Source of the DNA: Nitrosopumilus sp.
GTDB lineage: Archaea; Thermoproteota; Nitrososphaeria; Nitrososphaerales; Nitrosopumilaceae
DNA: 64,000 nucleotides
Direction of reading: 5' to 3'
NCBI GenBank assembly: GCA_965204345.1
Contig: OZ241981.1
Span: 1,056,001-1,120,000 of the forward strand
The notes beneath the pieces are model-generated. The model was given only the letters and a program-made list of their open reading frames with translations, made no database searches and was not told the origin of the DNA. The position numbers were made by a program, and so were the translations under genes. Below, one piece after another: positions 58,259 to 64,000 of this stretch. Position 1 is the first letter of the stretch; every line of letters starts with the position of its first letter.

Positions 58259-60910
58259 TTAACCAGAGGTACAACCGCTGTATCCACATTCAATGCACAT
58301 GCTGCAGCCCTCAACAAAGACAAGATTGTTTTTGCATGTCGGGCATAGACGATCTTCGGAAACCTCTTCAATTTTTGGAGGTTCTAATTGAATTTCTTCA
58401 TCGTGTACTTTTAATGCTAATGCAGCATCAACTTGAGATTTGATGTATGGATTTGTAATGTTTTTAGTTACAAATTCAGTCATATAGTCGCTTGGAGATA
58501 CTTCAAATGTTTTTGTTGCACTCTCGCTGGTCATGTGAAGAACTTGCTTGTGTCTTGAACCGTCACGATAAACAGTCATTCCCTTTAGACCGATTTCATG
58601 TGCAAGCAGATATGCAGACTTTACGTCTTCTACTGTTACATCATATGGCATATTGATTGTTTTTGCAATTGCATTTCCAATCCAGTCTTGCCACACACCC
58701 TGAGCCATTAAATGGTCAGCCCAGTGAATATCCATTGCCGTAACAAAGACATCTTGCATTTCTTGTGGAATTTCATCAATTCCTTTCAAGGAACCATAAT
58801 TATCTGCAATCTTTTCAAGAATTTCATCTGTGTAAAGATCTTTTTCTTTTAATGCTTCCTCAAGAATCTTGTTTGTGTAGAAGAATCTTCCAACAGTAAC
58901 TCTCTTTTCAAATACCAGAGCAAAGGCAGGTTCCATTCCGTTTGAACAGTCTGCAATCATAGAAAGTGTTCCAGTTGGAGCTACAGTAGTGGTTAGGACA
59001 TTTCTAATTCCATGTTTTTGGATTTTGTCAATGAGCGGATCCCATTCATAAGAATGAGAGTCTTTTGATTTCTCATAATATCCAGATACGGGAATCTTGC
59101 CTTCAGGATACTCTGTCTTTGAGCAAAGTGGGAATTCCCCACGGGCACTGGCTAGTGCAACACTTTCTTCCATTGAATAGTATGTCAAGGCTTCAGATAG
59201 TTTTGATTGGAGTTCATAGCCTTCCTTGGAATTGTATGGAATTTTTAGTCTATACAATAGATCAGCTACTCCCATGACGCCAAGCCCAATTCGTCTAGAT
59301 TCTTTTGAGGCCATATTGATTTCTTGTACCGGATAATTATTTACGTCAATGATATTATCCAAGAATCTGGTGGTTTTTCTAATAATTTCTTCATACCCTT
59401 GCCAATCAAATTCATAAGATCCATCTGCCTGTCTCTTTGCAAGATTTACCAGGTTGATAGAACCCAAATTGCAGGATTCGTATGGGTAAAGGCTTTGTTC
59501 GCCGCATGGATTGGTAGCTCTAAGCGGGGCTTGTCTTGCTTTGGCAAACACATTGTATTTGTTAATCTGATCAAAGAAGATCAACCCGGGTTCTGCACTC
59601 TTCCATGCAGACAATGCAATTAGATCAATTAGCTGGTGTGCGTTGATCTCTTTTACCGGTTTTTTATCACGTGGACTGCGTAAAATATAGTTGCCATCAG
59701 TTGTGTTGACAAGTGCATGCCAAAAATCCTCCCAAATGCCGACACTTATGTTGAAATTTTCTAAAACTCCAGCTTCTGTTTTGTTGGTGATGAATTTTTC
59801 CACATCGGGATGCCAAGCTTCTATAATTCCCATATTTGCACCACGTCTTTTACCGCCCTGTTTGACAACTTCAGTAACAGTATTGATGATGTTCATGAAA
59901 GATACAGGTCCGGATGCAACACCGGATGTAGATGCTACAATGTCGCCTTCTTCACGAAGATCAGAATAGTTAATTCCAACCCCGCCGCCGGATTTGAAGA
60001 TTAGCGCTGCATCAGAAGTAGATTTCATGATTTCTTCCATGCCATCGTTCATGCCAAGTACAAAGCATGCTGAAAGCTGTCCTAATCTTCCGCCTGCATT
60101 CATCATTGTTGGTGAGTTTGGTAGAAAGTCCTGGGCTGTCATCATTTCAAAGTATTCGGTTATTTTATCTGAGTAACTTTCTAATTTCTTTGCGGCCAGT
60201 AATGTCAAGAGACCTTTGAAACTTACTTTCATCTGACCTTTATTTGCAAGAGCTGCATAGTGGTTGATCAAAGCTCTAAAATGCCATTTGTTGAAGAAGT
60301 AATCTCCTACTTTGAATTTATAATCAAAGGCATCAAGTTTTTCAAGATAAGAATTTGCCTCATCTACATCTTGCTTGTTGTTCCCAGACTTGTCAAAAAT
60401 TTGAGAGTCATATAACATATCGCCGATTCCAACTAGGATTGCAACCCTTTCAAACATTTGAGTTGGAGACTCTGTAATCTCACTTTTGCTATTTCTGAAA
60501 AGATATCGTGATGCTAGAACTCTCAAACAGTTCAAATCAAATTTTTTAGAGACTGGATCAAGGACCTTGAGATTCAAGACCCTCATTTTTTCGTCTCTTA
60601 ATTTTCTTCTTTCATGCCTGTAAACGATGTATGCCTTTGCAATATCACTATTGCCGCTATCGATTAAAGTTGACTCTACAATGTCTTGAATATCTTCTAC
60701 CGTAGGTGATCTAGAGCTTGTAAATCCTTGCTCCACCAACTTGTTAACTACATCGTCTGCTAGTTTGTCGGCAACGCCACGATCGGCTTTGGAGGTGGCT
60801 GCCAGTGCCTGATAAATGGCATTTGAAATCTTATCTTTATTGAAAGCCGCTACTGCGCCACTGCGCTTGCGGATCTCATTGATCGTATTCTCTATTTGTG
60901 AATTGTCCAT
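58259..60910 (-). CDS. nrdJ: adenosylcobalamin-dependent (class II) ribonucleotide reductase with ATP cone
   Basis: ATP cone (IRKRSG...FNKDKI), PNSPTMMNAG, SACFV, TNPCGEQ, CNLGSINL, APTGT, C-terminal Cys cluster; start MDNSQ at 60910. Confidence 0.95.
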   Translation of the reverse strand: MDNSQIENTINEIRKRSGAVAAFNKDKISNAIYQALAATSKADRGVADKLADDVVNKLVEQGFTSSRSPTVEDIQDIVESTLIDSGNSDIAKAYIVYRHERRKLRDEKMRVLNLKVLDPVSKKFDLNCLRVLASRYLFRNSKSEITESPTQMFERVAILVGIGDMLYDSQIFDKSGNNKQDVDEANSYLEKLDAFDYKFKVGDYFFNKWHFRALINHYAALANKGQMKVSFKGLLTLLAAKKLESYSDKITEYFEMMTAQDFLPNSPTMMNAGGRLGQLSACFVLGMNDGMEEIMKSTSDAALIFKSGGGVGINYSDLREEGDIVASTSGVASGPVSFMNIINTVTEVVKQGGKRRGANMGIIEAWHPDVEKFITNKTEAGVLENFNISVGIWEDFWHALVNTTDGNYILRSPRDKKPVKEINAHQLIDLIALSAWKSAEPGLIFFDQINKYNVFAKARQAPLRATNPCGEQSLYPYESCNLGSINLVNLAKRQADGSYEFDWQGYEEIIRKTTRFLDNIIDVNNYPVQEINMASKESRRIGLGVMGVADLLYRLKIPYNSKEGYELQSKLSEALTYYSMEESVALASARGEFPLCSKTEYPEGKIPVSGYYEKSKDSHSYEWDPLIDKIQKHGIRNVLTTTVAPTGTLSMIADCSNGMEPAFALVFEKRVTVGRFFYTNKILEEALKEKDLYTDEILEKIADNYGSLKGIDEIPQEMQDVFVTAMDIHWADHLMAQGVWQDWIGNAIAKTINMPYDVTVEDVKSAYLLAHEIGLKGMTVYRDGSRHKQVLHMTSESATKTFEVSPSDYMTEFVTKNITNPYIKSQVDAALALKVHDEEIQLEPPKIEEVSEDRLCPTCKNNLVFVEGCSMCIECGYSGCTSG

Positions 60911-61112
60911 AATAATCTCCCCGCAAGGGTTAGAATCAATGATGATAAAAACTATTTGCCCGTTTTTCACAAAACTTCGGTAGAAAAAAATTGACAACGC
61001 TACTATGAAGTTAATATTGCAATAACATTAATCGTATTGGAATGATCGCAGTGTTCGAAACAGATCAGAAATAATTGAAAAATGATCGTAACTAGTTTTT
61101 CATTTATGAATT

Positions 61113-63278
61113 TCAGACAATGTAAGGTGACTTACATTTTGGGCACTTGTCTTCAAACGGTTCATCCTTAAAACCACATTCGCCACAAATTGTGGTATTT
61201 CTCATAGGCTTGAAGGAAGGCGTAAGTTCTGATGCTTTTTCGATAGATTTTTTGATTTCCTCTACCTTTGCTGCTTTATCAATCTCCAAAGTTACTAGTA
61301 ATCCACCATTAAGCAGTTTTGATAGTTTGTTACATTCAGAGATAGGCTCGGTTTTGTTGGTATAATTGGAGATTTCAGATGCATTTACAGATATGCCTTG
61401 AGAATAAAAATCAGCATCCATTGAATTTAGGGTGGAATTTTTGCCATATTTCTCTCCATCAAGGGTTGCAAAACGAGTAGAGCCTTCAGTTTCAGTCATA
61501 GAAATAGCCACCGTCTCGGATAATTCTTTACCTTTTTTGGCACCTACATCAACTGCTGTCTCAATGACTTTGTGTAAAATATCACGTCCCTCTTTGTTAT
61601 CTTGAAATCCAAGTATGTTAAACACTGCCTCTTTTAGTCCAACCAGATTAACAACGAGAGAGACTGAACTTTTTTGCATGTATTGAGTATTTTTTGCAAG
61701 AATTGGATTTAGTCCTCTTCTGGTTAGATCCGAAATCTCTTTTTTTCTTAATGCCATTGAAGCTAAAGCCGGTTTCATTAACAATGCAAGTCTTGCTCTA
61801 AAATAAGTCTCATCCTTATTGGATTCAAAAGCCAATCTTGGAAGATTGATCGAAACAGATTGTAATGCAATTGAGAGTGGGCCCGATGCTTTAGTAGTGC
61901 CATTAGTAATACCATGGCTAGAAGTCTGTCCTTTAGCAAACATGACTTTTCCACCAAGGGAAATTATTTCAGATACTGCCTGGGATACATCAGTTATTTT
62001 TCCTTTAGAAGTATCAATTATCAAACCAATCTTTGGTATTGGCGTAATCTTTGTATAATTTTTGTATGCAGCAATAATCGAATTAATAATTTTTGTATCA
62101 GTTCCTAATTGCAAGTGAATTGAAATATTCGTACTAGTTTTGTTATATTTAGAAGTGGTTGATGCAGTTGCAAAAGCATTGGTTAATTTTTGTTCAAGAT
62201 CCAGAAGAGATTTTGAATGTTTTGTAAATAATGAGACTAGTCCATTAAGTACAACTTCTTGTGAGGCTTCTTTTGAAAGAAGTGAGATAACCACAGATAG
62301 TGAACTTGTAATCTCGTCTAGTTGTTTTGATGCGGGAATTCTTGATACATCAAGGTATTTTCCACCAAGATCAATTCCATTATCAATTAATTCTTTAATG
62401 TTAACAAATATTGTATCAGGAATCATGGACCAAATTCCAGGATTGGTAATATGTAGATCTCCAGAAAGATGAGAGTCTGCTACGTCTTTAGGTAAAATAT
62501 TTGTAAGAAGATGCTCAGCGAATACTTTTTGTCCTGTATTAAACAAAAGACCTTCAGCACCATTATCCACATTGTCTAAATTAGAAATCATCTCCTGAAC
62601 ATCATACACAGGCAGGCCTAGGCGTGCAAGTTTATTCCTATATTCTTCATGACCGTGTTCTAGCAGTACAGAATTGACCATTTCGCGGATTAATGCGCCT
62701 GTAAGGTATGTAGTCTGGTATTTGTAAATTCTGTTTTCTACTTCTTCAGTAATTTTTTGTGCCAATTCTAGAGGGAGGCTTCCTTCTCTTACTAGAGATT
62801 GAATAATTTTATGTGAATTAAACTCCTCAATTGATTCAGAAGATGTTCTAACATACATTTTTCCACTTTCAATAATTGATCGTTCTTCAATTTGTCTTGC
62901 TAAACTTAGGACGAGTTTTCCAAGATTTGTAATTGTGTATCGTCTTTCAGATTTATTGAGTGCAACAAGCGATTGTCTAAGTAGTTTCCTCAAGTGATAT
63001 GCAAATTTGCCACTTTCTTTTTTTGATTTAAAGCCAGCCAGAGACTTTAGTTCAGAATAAGTCAATGGGCCTTTGGAATTTAAAATTCTCAAAATATCAA
63101 TTCTGTTGGGGCTTGCCATAACAGAAAAGATCATTCTAACACGTTTTGATGTAGATTGTAAAATGCCACCTCTTTGAGATTCTGAATCAGAATCCAAATC
63201 CTCGTCTATATCTTCATCCAAGTCAGAGTCTATATCTGCATCCATATCTAGTTCTAACTCCTCTTTACTTAGTTTCAT
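61113..63278 (-). CDS. wHTH - ATP cone - inactive NrdD-like fusion protein
   Basis: ArsR-like RIDILRIL..GPLTYSEL..FAYHLRKL; ATP cone VRTS...EEF...KI; NrdD motifs HLSGDLHI and SINLPRLA; C-terminal Zn ribbon; no RxxGY glycyl loop. Confidence 0.85.
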   Translation of the reverse strand: MKLSKEELELDMDADIDSDLDEDIDEDLDSDSESQRGGILQSTSKRVRMIFSVMASPNRIDILRILNSKGPLTYSELKSLAGFKSKKESGKFAYHLRKLLRQSLVALNKSERRYTITNLGKLVLSLARQIEERSIIESGKMYVRTSSESIEEFNSHKIIQSLVREGSLPLELAQKITEEVENRIYKYQTTYLTGALIREMVNSVLLEHGHEEYRNKLARLGLPVYDVQEMISNLDNVDNGAEGLLFNTGQKVFAEHLLTNILPKDVADSHLSGDLHITNPGIWSMIPDTIFVNIKELIDNGIDLGGKYLDVSRIPASKQLDEITSSLSVVISLLSKEASQEVVLNGLVSLFTKHSKSLLDLEQKLTNAFATASTTSKYNKTSTNISIHLQLGTDTKIINSIIAAYKNYTKITPIPKIGLIIDTSKGKITDVSQAVSEIISLGGKVMFAKGQTSSHGITNGTTKASGPLSIALQSVSINLPRLAFESNKDETYFRARLALLMKPALASMALRKKEISDLTRRGLNPILAKNTQYMQKSSVSLVVNLVGLKEAVFNILGFQDNKEGRDILHKVIETAVDVGAKKGKELSETVAISMTETEGSTRFATLDGEKYGKNSTLNSMDADFYSQGISVNASEISNYTNKTEPISECNKLSKLLNGGLLVTLEIDKAAKVEEIKKSIEKASELTPSFKPMRNTTICGECGFKDEPFEDKCPKCKSPYIV

Positions 63279-63396
63279 TGTTGTCTCTAAAATTAAGGAG
63301 TAAATAAGACTTATGACTAGATCAAATTTGATAGTTTTCAATCAAAATATTCTTGAAAATGTAAAAATGATCTTTGAACATGATCATTTTCTTAGA

Positions 63397-63558
63397 TTAG
63401 TTTTCTTGGACATCTAATGAAAACTCTGATGTTGAAAGTTTTTGTCCACATGATGGACATTTTCCATTTGATGGATTAAGAACATCCTTTAGAGATTTTA
63501 ACATTTTCATGTTTGTGATCTTTTCTCCACATTTACCACATGTAATTTCTACTGACAT
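63397..63558 (-). CDS. 53-aa Zn-ribbon protein
   Basis: MSVEITCGKCGEKI...NGKCPSCGQKLS...; below the ORF-track cutoff. Confidence 0.8.
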   Translation of the reverse strand: MSVEITCGKCGEKITNMKMLKSLKDVLNPSNGKCPSCGQKLSTSEFSLDVQEN

Positions 63559-63628
63559 AAAGATGATCAGGCATACAAAATAATTAAGAAGGGATTTTGA
63601 ATTTATTTAATAATTCAAACAAATTATT

Positions 63629-63994
63629 TTACTGTTTTTCAATGATTATGCCACGTTCATCAAAATCAGTAATTTTTGCTCGGGTTCCAATAGGCAAGTC
63701 TGCAGGAGTGGCAATTTCTCCCATGAATCCAGAAATTCTCAAATCAGTATTATCTAGTTGAAGCACAACAAAGGCATATGGAGTGTATTTTTCAAAACCG
63801 GCAGGAGCAACAGTAATTATGGTATAAGTAGCAATTGAGCCTACACCGTCTAAAATAGCATCCTCAAACTCCTTGCTGCCACATTTTTGACAGTAATACA
63901 CAGTCGACAGATGCAGTAAGCCGCAACTAGAGCACTTGTGAGCAAAAACCTTGCCGTTTTTTGCATTCTCTATAAGTTGTTCTTCGATCGTCAT
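63629..63994 (-). CDS. DUF35-type Zn-ribbon/OB-fold protein
   Basis: CSSCG......YCQKCGS, YTII..AP.GF..PY...V.L. Confidence 0.88.
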   Translation of the reverse strand: MTIEEQLIENAKNGKVFAHKCSSCGLLHLSTVYYCQKCGSKEFEDAILDGVGSIATYTIITVAPAGFEKYTPYAFVVLQLDNTDLRISGFMGEIATPADLPIGTRAKITDFDERGIIIEKQ

Positions 63995-64000
63995 TTTACA

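Noticed and set aside
58259-60910. Intein or intron in nrdJ
   Set aside because: The length is normal, catalytic motifs are contiguous, and there are no splice-junction or homing-endonuclease motifs.

Overview
An AT-rich archaeal window. Gene content points to an ammonia-oxidising Thaumarchaeote of the Nitrosopumilaceae (tiaS, csl4, thermosome, TFE, Trm56, Nep1, GTP cyclohydrolase III, class II RNR, thaumarchaeal Cys-rich small proteins). Most of it is core genome: purine, folate, cobalamin and riboflavin genes, ribosomal proteins, tRNA-iMet and tRNA-Gly. There are two accessory patches. (1) About 5.0-10.05 kb: a decayed IS6-family element with 26-bp terminal inverted repeats; a DUF3800 (RNase H-like) gene whose stop codon abuts a compact three-way-junction RNA with its own TATA box on the opposite strand; a lone 36-bp repeat / 35-bp spacer / 36-bp repeat unit with CRISPR geometry; a ParB-like gene; a degenerate tRNA-Leu; and an IS6-type MITE. 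(2) About 30-36.5 kb: IS-end remnants (39 bp identical to patch 1), unannotated small proteins, two Trp-periodic helical paralogs, and a DUF3892 - perfect repeat - DUF5679 protein. Next to nrdJ lies a wHTH / ATP-cone / catalytically dead NrdD fusion that may be a dNTP-sensing regulator. All calls come from reading motifs by eye; no searches were run.
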